A stretch of 64,000 bases of DNA from Bacteroidota bacterium (GTDB lineage Bacteria > Bacteroidota > Bacteroidia > Bacteroidales > UBA12077), in contig JAHLLG010000002.1 in NCBI GenBank assembly GCA_020444275.1, positions 938,406-1,002,405 of the forward strand, in the 5' to 3' direction. The translations under genes and the position numbers were made by a program. The notes under the pieces were generated by a model. It was not told where the DNA came from. It did not search any database and worked only from the letters and a program-made list of their open reading frames with translations. Of the stretch, positions 9,651 to 19,281 are shown in pieces; the stretch's first letter is position 1; every line of letters begins with the position of its first letter.

Positions 9651-11471
9651 TTAAGTTCTTTCGATTGTAAAACTCAGATCCAAATCTACTAATGTCTCAT
9701 TCTGTGGCCTGGATGTTTTTATATCCCAACCTCTCTCTTTATAATAATTTGTGAGATTGGTATAAAAAGCTTTTTTATCAACTATAGCTCCTTTATGATC
9801 GCCAAACGTAAACTTGTTTTCGAAAAACTTAGGCGGTATAGTATCATCATCTCGTGTAAAGCCTTCGCGATAATTAAACATTTTTTCTAATGTAAATATT
9901 CTGGCGCCTGCCCGGTCTACATCTTCATCAGTCCACTCTAAACCGGTTATTGCACTTAAAAAATTGGCATAACTAATTTCATTGCGATACCAGCCACTGG
10001 CAAAATTACAGGCCGCTAACGAATCTCTTAATGCAGCTTGATTTTGTCCGGAAGTATTACCACCATTCATATGACAAGCTCCACGGTTACTTGTTGCATA
10101 ACAAATACTCCAGTAATCAGAATGAACCGGAACATTCCATGCGGCGAGCTCATGACCTTTTACATGTATTGCAAACTTATTGGTATCCTGCCCCAACTCC
10201 TGAGCCATGTATTTTACACCACGGCAAGCCAAATCACCAATATCTTCCCTGTTACATATTTTGTGTATCATTTGCAGTGCAGCATCAACATTACCCCATG
10301 TTAGTTCAATGTTTCCAAGATATTTACTATCAATAATTCCCTTTTCATATGCTTCCATTAAAAAACCAATGGTATTACCAATAGAAATAATATCAACACC
10401 ATAATCGTCGGCAACAGCAATAAGTTTTTGTAGGCCTGCCAAATCAGAAATCATTAAATTGGCTCCAAGCATTGTTCCTGTTTCATATTCAGGACCATCA
10501 TGAACCATAACACTGTAGGAACCTTTTGCAATCCCGGATTTTTTACAAGCCAATGCACATGAGAAACAAGCGAAATCACGCTTCCACACTTTTTCCCTGT
10601 TAGCAGCTGCACCAATTTCCTTTATTTCTCCATAGGTTCCTTCACTGTAATTTTTTACAGCCTGTGTACCATTTTTACTTGACGTGGTTAAAACATTTGC
10701 TGTTCCTCCATATCGCCACCATTCAACACCTTCTGTATTATTTTCCCTGAACGATTTTCTTACTTTTGATAAAAGATTCAAATATCGTTTATGATCTCCC
10801 AACTGAGGTGATTGTGTTCCTTTAATGGCAATAGCTTTTAGATTTTTAGAACCCATAACGCAACCAGTACCACCACGACCGGCAGCACGTGCTGCAGTAT
10901 TTAAAATTGAAGCCATAGGCACTAAATTTTCAGCAGCAGGACCAATGTAACACGATTCAAATTTTCGGTCACCTAATTCATCAATCAAAGCATTGTCGAA
11001 CTCTTCGGTTTCCATTCCCCAGAATTTGGTTGCATCAACAATCTCTACTTTATCATCGATAATTTTTATGTATACAGGCTTTGAAGCTTTGCCAGTAACA
11101 CAAATTCCGTCGTATCCTGCAAATTTTATTTCGGGTCCGAAAAAACCTCCCATATTAGAATAACTCACCGTTGAACCATGCTCATACTTTGGATTAACAG
11201 CAGAAGTTCGCGGTGATTTAGTTACAACACACGTTCGTGATGAGGATGGTATAGGTAATCCTGAGAATGGCCCCGGCATAAACAACAGTGCATTTTCAGG
11301 TGATAATGGATCAACTCCCGGTCCTGGAAGTTTATCCCAAAGAATTTTTGTTCCTAATCCCCGGCCACCTATAAACCGTTTAATATCTTCTTCCGGAATT
11401 TGCAATGTATTAATTTCTCCGGAAGATAAATTTATATCCAGTACTTTTCCATAATATCCTTTTACAGCCAT
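9651..11471 (-). CDS. Aldehyde:ferredoxin oxidoreductase (AOR/WOR family, bis-pterin W/Mo enzyme), catalytic subunit
   Basis: FIGGRGLG, KSPRT, AGRGGTGCVMGSKNLKAI, CFSCALAC, GPEYET, DDYGVD, RGACH and YYKERGW motifs. Confidence 0.93.
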   Translation of the reverse strand: MAVKGYYGKVLDINLSSGEINTLQIPEEDIKRFIGGRGLGTKILWDKLPGPGVDPLSPENALLFMPGPFSGLPIPSSSRTCVVTKSPRTSAVNPKYEHGSTVSYSNMGGFFGPEIKFAGYDGICVTGKASKPVYIKIIDDKVEIVDATKFWGMETEEFDNALIDELGDRKFESCYIGPAAENLVPMASILNTAARAAGRGGTGCVMGSKNLKAIAIKGTQSPQLGDHKRYLNLLSKVRKSFRENNTEGVEWWRYGGTANVLTTSSKNGTQAVKNYSEGTYGEIKEIGAAANREKVWKRDFACFSCALACKKSGIAKGSYSVMVHDGPEYETGTMLGANLMISDLAGLQKLIAVADDYGVDIISIGNTIGFLMEAYEKGIIDSKYLGNIELTWGNVDAALQMIHKICNREDIGDLACRGVKYMAQELGQDTNKFAIHVKGHELAAWNVPVHSDYWSICYATSNRGACHMNGGNTSGQNQAALRDSLAACNFASGWYRNEISYANFLSAITGLEWTDEDVDRAGARIFTLEKMFNYREGFTRDDDTIPPKFFENKFTFGDHKGAIVDKKAFYTNLTNYYKERGWDIKTSRPQNETLVDLDLSFTIERT

Positions 11472-11477
11472 ACCTTA

Positions 11478-12149
11478 TCAAACTTTTATATTATACAATT
11501 GTTCAATTAACTGCTGAGCAATTCTCTCAGGAGCTAAGTTTTCATAACTACGATTGGCAGGCATTTCAATGTAACTTAATGCACCGAATGGGCAATTTTC
11601 CACACATTGAGGATTGCCGTCGCAAAGAGTACACATGCGTTCTGGCTTATGTGTTTCAGGATTAGGATGTATTACTCCACCTCGCAAATTTTCGCATGCC
11701 TGAGCACATTGCGTGCAACCAATACAGCGTTCCGTATCATTTTTAATAGTCATGTTTTCGTCACGGTAAATTGCTTTTCTTCCCGTAATTAAATCAGGTG
11801 CAATCGGGCATGCATTAATACACGGAGGATCTTCACATAAAGCACACGTAACCGGAACATCTACATCAGGATTAAAGTGATACACTTTAATATTTGAGTA
11901 ATGTGGATTGCCTAAACTGTTAACTCTTTCACCATTAATCTCAATTGGGTTATTATAAGCTGAACAAGCTGTTTCGCACGTTCTGCAACCTGCACATTTT
12001 GAAAAATCAACACTAATGGCTTTTATAATTCTGTTTTCTTTATCTTGAATTATTCTAAAACCAAAGGTTCCCAGCAAGATTAAGCCACCTCCTCCAAATG
12101 CCATATCTTGCAAAAAATGTCGTCGTGAGTATTTTTTCGAATTACGCAT
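11478..12149 (-). CDS. Multi-[4Fe-4S] electron-transfer subunit with twin-arginine signal
   Basis: SRRHFL followed by a hydrophobic stretch; CAGCRTCETAC, CALCEDPPC, CIGCTQCAQAC and CTLC...CP cluster motifs. Confidence 0.9.
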   Translation of the reverse strand: MRNSKKYSRRHFLQDMAFGGGGLILLGTFGFRIIQDKENRIIKAISVDFSKCAGCRTCETACSAYNNPIEINGERVNSLGNPHYSNIKVYHFNPDVDVPVTCALCEDPPCINACPIAPDLITGRKAIYRDENMTIKNDTERCIGCTQCAQACENLRGGVIHPNPETHKPERMCTLCDGNPQCVENCPFGALSYIEMPANRSYENLAPERIAQQLIEQLYNIKV

Positions 12150-12152
12150 AAC

Positions 12153-12494
12153 TTATCTTTTATTACCTGTTGTAAAGAAATACACGAAAATGGATCCTAA
12201 TACAACATATACTGCGAAATTATGATCCAATTTTGATTCTAAATTTAAAAATGCATGATAACCTGTTACCAGAATCAGTAACAACGAAGAAAGAACTGTT
12301 AAGCTGTCCTTTCGCAGAAATCCTCCAACAAATAAAAGTATAGAAAACACTACATAAATTGCTGAAACATAAAACATCACACTCTGAAAATTGAATGCAG
12401 AAAAAGATTTCCAGTAGGTTAACAATACAAATAGAACAATAGCAAATCGCATGATCCAATTTGCCAGCGGAAATAATCTTTTAGATGGTCTCAT
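12153..12494 (-). CDS. Small 4-TM membrane protein, first gene of the AOR operon
   Basis: Hydrophobic ORF ending 3 nt before the Fe-S gene. Confidence 0.75.
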   Translation of the reverse strand: MRPSKRLFPLANWIMRFAIVLFVLLTYWKSFSAFNFQSVMFYVSAIYVVFSILLFVGGFLRKDSLTVLSSLLLILVTGYHAFLNLESKLDHNFAVYVVLGSIFVYFFTTGNKR

Positions 12495-12532
12495 AGGTCT
12501 ATATATTAAATTAAAATAGGATTAGCTTATTC

Positions 12533-12560
12533 TTCGATATGCAAACGTATACATATGGAA
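12533..12560. promoter_or_regulatory. ModE-like operator palindrome overlapping the -7 box (TACGTTTG on the minus strand, 12542..12549) of the AOR operon
   Basis: TTCGATATGCA-N6-TACATATGGAA resembles the ModE consensus ATCGNTATATA-N6-TATATANCGAT. Confidence 0.5.
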
Positions 12561-12653
12561 TTCAGCATAATAAGATACTAAATCTCTATTTTAAGACCTA
12601 ATCATTTTTGAGAAGTTTAAAAATGGAAATTAATATAGAATGATTCCAAACCG

Positions 12654-12688
12654 TTTTCGGTATCAGGTTTCAGATTCAAGATTTCAGA
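12654..12688. repeat. Degenerate heptamer tandem repeat (TTTCAGA-like) downstream of batE
   Basis: TTTTCGG TATCAGG TTTCAGA TTCAAGA TTTCAGA. Confidence 0.55.
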
Positions 12689-12763
12689 TCTAACTCTTTT
12701 GAGTTGCTGAGCTCGCTGTGCTCGGTTCAGTTTACAGGTTTTACATACTACGTCAATCAACAT

Positions 12764-13519
12764 TTAGATTGTTTCTATATCTTCAGCTCTTAACCATCCT
12801 TTGCTTCCATCACTCAGTTTAATCTGATTCCAATTAGAAATTTTATCATCAATCCAGACTTTAGTACCTTCGTGAATAACAAATAGGTCGGTTCCACTTG
12901 CATCGGGAGAACTCTTTACCGTTACCGACGGGCTCATTACTATGGCAGTATTTTCAGATAATATTTTTTGCTTTTGCTGATAGGAGAATATGAAGGAAAC
13001 TAATGATCCAATGAACAATACAAAACCTAACCAAAACGCTACTCTTTTAACTCCCAGACCTCTCGTGTATAAATAAATAGCTAGAAATACCAGCATTGCA
13101 ATAAACATTAAAATACTTAAGATCGCCCAGGTATTCGAACAAAAAATATTACGAATGCTTCTTATCCATCCCGTTATAAAAAACACAGGAAGTACTTCTA
13201 TTTTATCTACAACAAACCGGTTAGCAAGCTCAATATTATACTTAATATCTTCATCGTTAGGATCTAATTCCAATGCCTTTTCATAGTTTAAGATCGCCCT
13301 TGATATTACATTCTGCTTGTAATATGCATTTCCCAAGTTGTAATACAATTCAGATGATTCGTATCCCAAATCAATAATCTTTTGATAGGTTTCTGTTGCT
13401 TCCTGATAGTTCCCATCAACATATAATTGATTGGCTTGCGTAAGTAGGCTATCCTGCTCCTGAGCACTTAAGCTTAGAACAGCAAATATCGAAATTATAA
13501 AACTTGTAACTTTCTTCAT
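12764..13519 (-). CDS. batE: BatE (TPR + TM + SH3-like domain)
   Basis: TPR LYYNLGNAYY, two TM segments, C-terminal IHEGTKV...GW; last gene of the bat operon. Confidence 0.9.
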   Translation of the reverse strand: MKKVTSFIISIFAVLSLSAQEQDSLLTQANQLYVDGNYQEATETYQKIIDLGYESSELYYNLGNAYYKQNVISRAILNYEKALELDPNDEDIKYNIELANRFVVDKIEVLPVFFITGWIRSIRNIFCSNTWAILSILMFIAMLVFLAIYLYTRGLGVKRVAFWLGFVLFIGSLVSFIFSYQQKQKILSENTAIVMSPSVTVKSSPDASGTDLFVIHEGTKVWIDDKISNWNQIKLSDGSKGWLRAEDIETI

Positions 13520-13532
13520 TTTAAACCTCCCA

Positions 13533-15344
13533 CTATTTCAGCTTTTGCTGTAACTTACTAATAATCTTTATCGCATCAGAATATAACGTATCCATTTTAG
13601 TTTCTTCAGTAACCGGAGCATAACGAGCATATTCGCATCGGTCTATAATACTTAATACCTGATCAATAGAATCATTATCAACACTTTTATTCTGCATCTC
13701 TTCTCTGGCTTTATCCTTCGATAAGTTGGCAACCGCAATTCCTAACTTATCACTAATATATCCCCAAAGTGCTTTAACCAATTCTTCGTAAAATGCTTCG
13801 CGCTGAACTTGCTTCATAAAGGCAGAAGCTTTCTTTAACCTTTTACGGGCAAATTTATTCGCTTTCTTATTCTTCACAAGCATTACATTTGCGTTTTCTT
13901 TTATCTTTTTCTTTCGTAATAAAAAGATAATTATAAATACAATTATGCTTGCCAGATAAGAAAACCAGAATGGCTTTGTTCCAAACAAGAACTGTCTGGA
14001 TTTTTTTAATTCAATATCTTTATTCTTAATGAATCGAATATCTTTCCCCAGAAATTTTAAATCTTCTTTGGTAAATGCTGTAGAGACTGTTACCGTGGTA
14101 TCGCCTTCTGATTTTGCAACACTGATATTAAACGGACCTGCTTTTTGAGTTTCGTATTGGTTGGTTTCCGTGTTAAAGTAACTAAAACTAAATCGCGGTA
14201 TGGTAAAATCGCCTGCATGACGCGGTATAATAAGATATTCAAAAGTTTTATTACCAATGGCGCCTCCTTCTGTATATTTAATATTATCGCTCACCTTAGG
14301 GTCATACACCTCAAAATCTGCCGGAAATTCAATATTTAAAGGGTTAATATATTTTAAATTACCATTCCCTGAAATTTTTACTTTCAGATTTATGGCATCA
14401 TTCGTATTTACATTGTTCTTATCAATCGATGCTTCCATTTTTATACGGCCAACAGCACCGGAGAAATTAAATGGCTTATTTTCGGGTAAATCCTGAACAT
14501 GGATGGTAGCCGAATTACTAAAAACCTTTCTTCCTTCAGTTTCAACAGTTCCGAAAAAGTCATCAAACATGCTTCGAGATCTTCTGCTACCAGGCTTTTG
14601 ATAATACACATCCATTTCAAAAGGCTCTATTTTCAGCTCGCCAGTTTTCTGAGGATATAATACATATTTACCCAATACTCCGGTTAAATATACTTTATCG
14701 TCAACTCGTTCTCTGTTTAAACTGGTTAGTGGTGGCACTTCCAGTTTCTCGGTAATAAATCCTTGAAATGAAGGTAATTTAATGTTCGCTAACTGCGTAA
14801 CATTTAATCTTGAAAAAAGCTTAAAGGTTATAACCAAGTGTTCCTCGCGATGCACTTTTGTTTTAGAAACATATGCCTTAATATATAAATCAGAGTCAGG
14901 AATATCCGATTTCTGTCCTGAATTATCCGGATCTTTAGTAATTGCTGTTGTAGTTGCTTGTCGGTCAGAACCCTTTATAACTTCGATGTTTATATCGTTC
15001 GATTTATATGTTTTGCCATCAACTACTACCTGAGCAGGTGGAATTTTAAAGTCTCCTTCTTTATTTGCCTGCACTACATAGGTATATCTCAATTCAAAAT
15101 TTTGTGTTACCTGTCCATTAACAATGCTCACATTGCTCGATTGCGAAGTGCTTGGTCCCGCAAGTATAGAAAAACCATCAATAGCAGGTGCTGAAAAATT
15201 ACTCGCCTTAGCATTTATCGAATATATTAACCTAAATTGTTGTCCAAGCTCAACAACTTCGGGTGCTGAGGCCGTAAATTTTACGTCTTGTGCAAATGCA
15301 CAGTTAGCAAAAAGTATAAATAATATAAAATACCAACGTCTCAT
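13533..15344 (-). CDS. batD: BatD aerotolerance-operon protein
   Basis: Signal peptide, repeated BatD beta domains (GPSTSQSS, FSGAVG, GNGNL), TM segment, C-terminal CEYARYAP. Confidence 0.92.
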   Translation of the reverse strand: MRRWYFILFILFANCAFAQDVKFTASAPEVVELGQQFRLIYSINAKASNFSAPAIDGFSILAGPSTSQSSNVSIVNGQVTQNFELRYTYVVQANKEGDFKIPPAQVVVDGKTYKSNDINIEVIKGSDRQATTTAITKDPDNSGQKSDIPDSDLYIKAYVSKTKVHREEHLVITFKLFSRLNVTQLANIKLPSFQGFITEKLEVPPLTSLNRERVDDKVYLTGVLGKYVLYPQKTGELKIEPFEMDVYYQKPGSRRSRSMFDDFFGTVETEGRKVFSNSATIHVQDLPENKPFNFSGAVGRIKMEASIDKNNVNTNDAINLKVKISGNGNLKYINPLNIEFPADFEVYDPKVSDNIKYTEGGAIGNKTFEYLIIPRHAGDFTIPRFSFSYFNTETNQYETQKAGPFNISVAKSEGDTTVTVSTAFTKEDLKFLGKDIRFIKNKDIELKKSRQFLFGTKPFWFSYLASIIVFIIIFLLRKKKIKENANVMLVKNKKANKFARKRLKKASAFMKQVQREAFYEELVKALWGYISDKLGIAVANLSKDKAREEMQNKSVDNDSIDQVLSIIDRCEYARYAPVTEETKMDTLYSDAIKIISKLQQKLK

Positions 15345-15379
15345 CTATTTCCTTTTTTCTGTTCAATTCGGTTTTAAAG

Positions 15380-16132
15380 TTACCACTCTTTTTCAACTTT
15401 AACTTTTGCTGCGGCAGCCTTCTGTTCCTTAACTTTCTGTTGTGTCTTTTTCTCGTCGTTAGCTAAAGCCTGCAAAATACGCTCAGCATCTTCTTTTGAT
15501 ATTTGTTGTTGTTGCTGCTGCTGTTGCTGCTTATCCTGATTTTGGTCTTGTTTATCCTGCTGATTCTTATTTTGTTGATCTTCTTTTTTATCCTGCTGAT
15601 CTTTATTTTGATCCTGGTTTTGTTTATCCTTGTTTTGATCTTTATTGTCTTTGTTCTGATCTTTGTTTTGATCCTGATTCTGTTGCTGCTGTTGCTGCTG
15701 ATCAAGTTTTTTCTGCGCGTAAACTAAATTGTATTTCGTATCCATATCGTTCGGATTATTGCGCAACGCATTTTTATAAGCTTCGATGCTCTCTTTATAC
15801 TTTTTATTTTTTAGGTACGAATTTCCAAGGTTATGGTATATTTTCGCCTTTTCGTCTTTACTTAGTTCATAATCGGTTAAATTATTAAACTCACTTGCAG
15901 CATCGTCATATTTTTCTTGTTTATATAAAGCATCTCCAATATTGAAAAGAGGTTTATGCGTTTTCTTTTCATCCAAGTCCATTGCCTTTCGGTATAAGAC
16001 CTCGGAATTCTCGTAATCCTGTTTTTCAAACTCTTTGTTCCCTTGACGAATGTATTTACGCTCCTTCTGAGCAAAACCATTCATTGCTAACAGAAGCACT
16101 ATATTGATCAATATTATCCTACTCCACATCAT
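15380..16132 (-). CDS. batC: BatC (TPR protein with Q/D/K/N-rich tail)
   Basis: TPR YHNLGN, YKNALRNNP, poly-Q tract, C-terminal EKEW. Confidence 0.9.
   Translation of the reverse strand: MMWSRIILINIVLLLAMNGFAQKERKYIRQGNKEFEKQDYENSEVLYRKAMDLDEKKTHKPLFNIGDALYKQEKYDDAASEFNNLTDYELSKDEKAKIYHNLGNSYLKNKKYKESIEAYKNALRNNPNDMDTKYNLVYAQKKLDQQQQQQQNQDQNKDQNKDNKDQNKDKQNQDQNKDQQDKKEDQQNKNQQDKQDQNQDKQQQQQQQQQISKEDAERILQALANDEKKTQQKVKEQKAAAAKVKVEKEW
15503..15703 (-). repeat. Low-complexity coding repeat in batC (poly-Q and DQNK-like 12-nt units)
   Basis: CAG/CAA runs and GATCAAAA(C/T)AAA units. Confidence 0.85.
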
Positions 16133-16134
16133 AA

Positions 16135-17172
16135 TTACGCGTTAATTTTAAAAATATTAAAATTATCTGACCATTTTCCTTTGCGTTCCAAAACAAAAAT
16201 ATCTAACAGAATAAAAAACAGAGCAACACCTAATAAATACTGAAAGCGATGTTCAAAATCAGTATAGATTTTCTCTTCCATCTCCTTTTTCTCCATTTCA
16301 TTTATTCGGTTGAAGAGTCTGTTCAAACCTGTTTGTGAATTATTTGCCCGCACAAATTCACCTCCACCTACTGATGCAATTTCAGTTAACAGGTTTTGAT
16401 CAAGCTTACTTATTACCGTATTTCCATCTCTATCTTTTTGAAATTCTGTTTGTCCGTATCCTCGTCGCAACGGGATTGGAGCTCCCTGCTGACTACCCAT
16501 TCCTATGGTATGTACAGTAATTCCTTTTTCATTGGCCAGTTTTGCAGCTTTGATAGCATCATCTTCGTGGTTTTCGCCATCGGTAATAATTATTAGTGCC
16601 TTATCCATTTCCGATTCGGGTGTAAATGAATTCATGGCCAGATCGATTGCTGTTCCTATTGCGGTTCCCTGTTTTGAAACAATTTCCGTGTTGATTGTTG
16701 AAAGAAACATTTTAGCTGCCGAAAAATCAGATGTTACCGGTACCTGAATATACGAATCGCCGGCGAAAACAATCAAACCAATGCGATCGTTCTCCATGTT
16801 ATCAATTAACTTAGAAATGGCCTGCTTTGCTCTTTCCAACCTGTTAGGTTTAATATCCTGTGCTAACATACTATTTGAAACATCCAGTGCGATTATAATT
16901 TCGGCTCCTTTGCGCTTAACCTTTTCCAGTTTTGAACCAAACTGTGGATCGGCTAAAGCAAAAACAATGAATACAATAGCAATAGAAAGAAAAATAAACT
17001 TTAATACCGGCCGACTTTTAGAAACATACGGCATTAATTGTTCAATAACACTTAACTCACCAAATTTGAGCAGTGCTTTCTTTTTGGCATACTGACCTAA
17101 TGCAAATAGTACAATCAATACTGGCACTAATAGCAGCAAATACAAATATTCCGGATTCCCAAATCTAAACAT
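16135..17172 (-). CDS. batB: BatB VWA-domain protein
   Basis: N-terminal TM; DVSNSM MIDAS, PNRLERAK and TDGENH motifs. Confidence 0.92.
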   Translation of the reverse strand: MFRFGNPEYLYLLLLVPVLIVLFALGQYAKKKALLKFGELSVIEQLMPYVSKSRPVLKFIFLSIAIVFIVFALADPQFGSKLEKVKRKGAEIIIALDVSNSMLAQDIKPNRLERAKQAISKLIDNMENDRIGLIVFAGDSYIQVPVTSDFSAAKMFLSTINTEIVSKQGTAIGTAIDLAMNSFTPESEMDKALIIITDGENHEDDAIKAAKLANEKGITVHTIGMGSQQGAPIPLRRGYGQTEFQKDRDGNTVISKLDQNLLTEIASVGGGEFVRANNSQTGLNRLFNRINEMEKKEMEEKIYTDFEHRFQYLLGVALFFILLDIFVLERKGKWSDNFNIFKINA

Positions 17173-17173
17173 A

Positions 17174-17215
17174 CTTTCTATTTCAAATTTTAGATTTCAG
17201 ATTTCAAATTTCGAT
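17174..17215. repeat. Heptamer tandem repeat (TTTCARA) between batA and batB
   Basis: CTTTCTA TTTCAAA TTTTAGA TTTCAGA TTTCAAA TTTCGAT. Confidence 0.7.
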
Positions 17216-17239
17216 AATGAAATAATAAACCTGAAATAG

Positions 17240-18232
17240 TTACGGTATTTGTCTTAATAATGTATTTCTTAATATTATATCTGTTAGTAATAAAAGTCCA
17301 GCTATTAACACAAAGATGAAAAACTCCTCGTCTTTCTGGCTAAACTCTTTTACTTCTATTTTTGATTTTTCCAACTGATCTATTTGCTCATAAATCTGCC
17401 TTAATTTTTCGTTATCGGTAGCTCTGAAATACTCACCTCCTGTATCGTCTGCAATCTGCTGCAGTGTTTCTTCATCGATTTCAACAGGTACATTTCTTAG
17501 TTGCGTTCCAAATGGTGTTTGGAAAGGATACGGAGCTGTTCCCTGTGTACCTACACCAATTGTGTAAACTCTAATTCCAAAGGTTTGTGCCAGTTCGGCT
17601 GCAGTAGCCGGAGCGATAGCACCCTGGTTATTTACACCATCGGTTAATAAAATAACGACTTTACTTTTAGCATCACTATCTTTTAATCGGTTAACCGATG
17701 TTGCCAGTCCCATTCCGATGGCAGTTCCATCTTCAATCATTCCGCTTTTAATATCTCTAAAAAGATTTATAAGTACTGAATGGTCTGTTGTTAAAGGACA
17801 TTGCGTAAAACTTTCTCCACTAAAAACAACCAAACCAATCCGGTCGTTCCTTCGTCCTGCAATGAATTGAATTGCCAAATCTTTTGCAGCTTCAAGCCTG
17901 TCGGGCTCAAAATCGCGCGCTAACATACTACTTGATACATCAAGAGCTAAAACAATATCAATTCCTTCCGATTCCTGATTTTTCCAACTTAATGTTGACT
18001 GAGGTCTAGCAATGGCTATAATTATCAACGCAATAGCAATTACCTTAAAACCAAAAACAACATGGCGTAAGATGTGTTTATACGTTATATGATCTTTACC
18101 TATACCTTTTATGGTAGATACCTGAATGCTTGCATGTGTTTTCTTAAATTTTAGTACATACCAGACTACTACCGGTACTATTAAAAGTAACAGATATAAA
18201 AGATTCGGATTTGCAAATGTTATATTACTCAT
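17240..18232 (-). CDS. batA: BatA VWA-domain protein
   Basis: IARPQ, DVSSSM, FTQCPLTTDH, GTAIG and LTDGVNN motifs. Confidence 0.93.
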   Translation of the reverse strand: MSNITFANPNLLYLLLLIVPVVVWYVLKFKKTHASIQVSTIKGIGKDHITYKHILRHVVFGFKVIAIALIIIAIARPQSTLSWKNQESEGIDIVLALDVSSSMLARDFEPDRLEAAKDLAIQFIAGRRNDRIGLVVFSGESFTQCPLTTDHSVLINLFRDIKSGMIEDGTAIGMGLATSVNRLKDSDAKSKVVILLTDGVNNQGAIAPATAAELAQTFGIRVYTIGVGTQGTAPYPFQTPFGTQLRNVPVEIDEETLQQIADDTGGEYFRATDNEKLRQIYEQIDQLEKSKIEVKEFSQKDEEFFIFVLIAGLLLLTDIILRNTLLRQIP

Positions 18233-18253
18233 AACTCAATATCAACTAATAAT

Positions 18254-19264
18254 TTAGGATTTATTTTCCTCTTTAATTGCTTTCGATTCCGTCTTTGTTT
18301 GCTTATCAGATTCTGTTTTAGAATCATCAGGATTTTCTTCGATAATTAATTTCGTTTTATCAACAAATTTGTAAGCATCCATCATGCATTTCTCATGCTG
18401 ATCGGCAACCGGCTTATATTTTGCAAATTTTACCAGATCAGAAAGATGAAATATCTCTTTTAGTGTTTCAAATGATTCATCATCATTAAAATCTGAAACT
18501 TGTAATGATTGCAAGATTTCCTCACTTGTGCGTTCCAGCGTTCTTATGGCATACCTGTTCCACAAATACATTCTAAGAATATCCGTAAGAACCGTATAGT
18601 AATCTTTAATTTTATCTTGTTGCCATAACTTATCGTTTTTCAGTTTATCCAAATCTCGGTATGCAATAATATGTGCAGGTTCTCTCGGTTTAAACCTTTT
18701 AATTATGGGCTCTTTTCTTTTAATTTTTCTGATCACATAAATAACAATAAATATCACCAAAGCTAGTAGCAATCCTCCACCTGCCCAAGGGTAAACCTCT
18801 GCAAAACTAAGTGGAGCCTCATACGGCATTTTAATATCTTTTATAGCCTTTGTGGTATCAACCGGTAAGGCATTTACTTTAAAGATTAGCGTATCGGTGC
18901 GCAGTGTGTCACTATAATATAAGAATGGAATTGGCGGTAGTGCATAATATCCCGAATCAAAAACAGAAATGGTAACATTCTTTTTGATAATGTACTCACC
19001 AGATTCCAGTAGTGTTGTATCATTAGTTGTTTGATCAATAATCTCAATTTCAGAATCAAAGTTTTTTTCAAAATTTGGAATGCCCACAAATTCCTTAAGA
19101 GGTTGTTTAACTTGTAGTTCTACTCCAACCTGATCACCAATTAAAAATTGATTTGTATCTAGTTTAGCGTTAACAGTAACATTCTGTGCTTTTAATTGGA
19201 GTACTGTTAAAACAACTAGCAACAGTAGAACTAAATACTTATATGTTATTTTAATTTTGCTCAT
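18254..19264 (-). CDS. Conserved bat-operon membrane-anchored protein
   Basis: Signal peptide, Ig-like N-terminus, TM segment, DLVKFAKY motif; usual position upstream of batA. Confidence 0.8.
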   Translation of the reverse strand: MSKIKITYKYLVLLLLVVLTVLQLKAQNVTVNAKLDTNQFLIGDQVGVELQVKQPLKEFVGIPNFEKNFDSEIEIIDQTTNDTTLLESGEYIIKKNVTISVFDSGYYALPPIPFLYYSDTLRTDTLIFKVNALPVDTTKAIKDIKMPYEAPLSFAEVYPWAGGGLLLALVIFIVIYVIRKIKRKEPIIKRFKPREPAHIIAYRDLDKLKNDKLWQQDKIKDYYTVLTDILRMYLWNRYAIRTLERTSEEILQSLQVSDFNDDESFETLKEIFHLSDLVKFAKYKPVADQHEKCMMDAYKFVDKTKLIIEENPDDSKTESDKQTKTESKAIKEENKS

Positions 19265-19281
19265 AAACTACTTTCGTTCAA

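Noticed and set aside
12640-12740. Small hairpins upstream of the AOR operon, considered as a Moco/Tuco riboswitch
   Set aside because: The recognisable Moco-motif core is absent, and the hairpins lie upstream of the likely -7 box at 12542..12549, so they are probably outside the leader.
15463-15888. Leu/Ile-rich, Ala-rich and Lys/Ile-rich short ORFs that look like membrane peptides or RiPP precursors
   Set aside because: Alternative-frame and antisense read-outs of the batC Q/D/K/N repeat.
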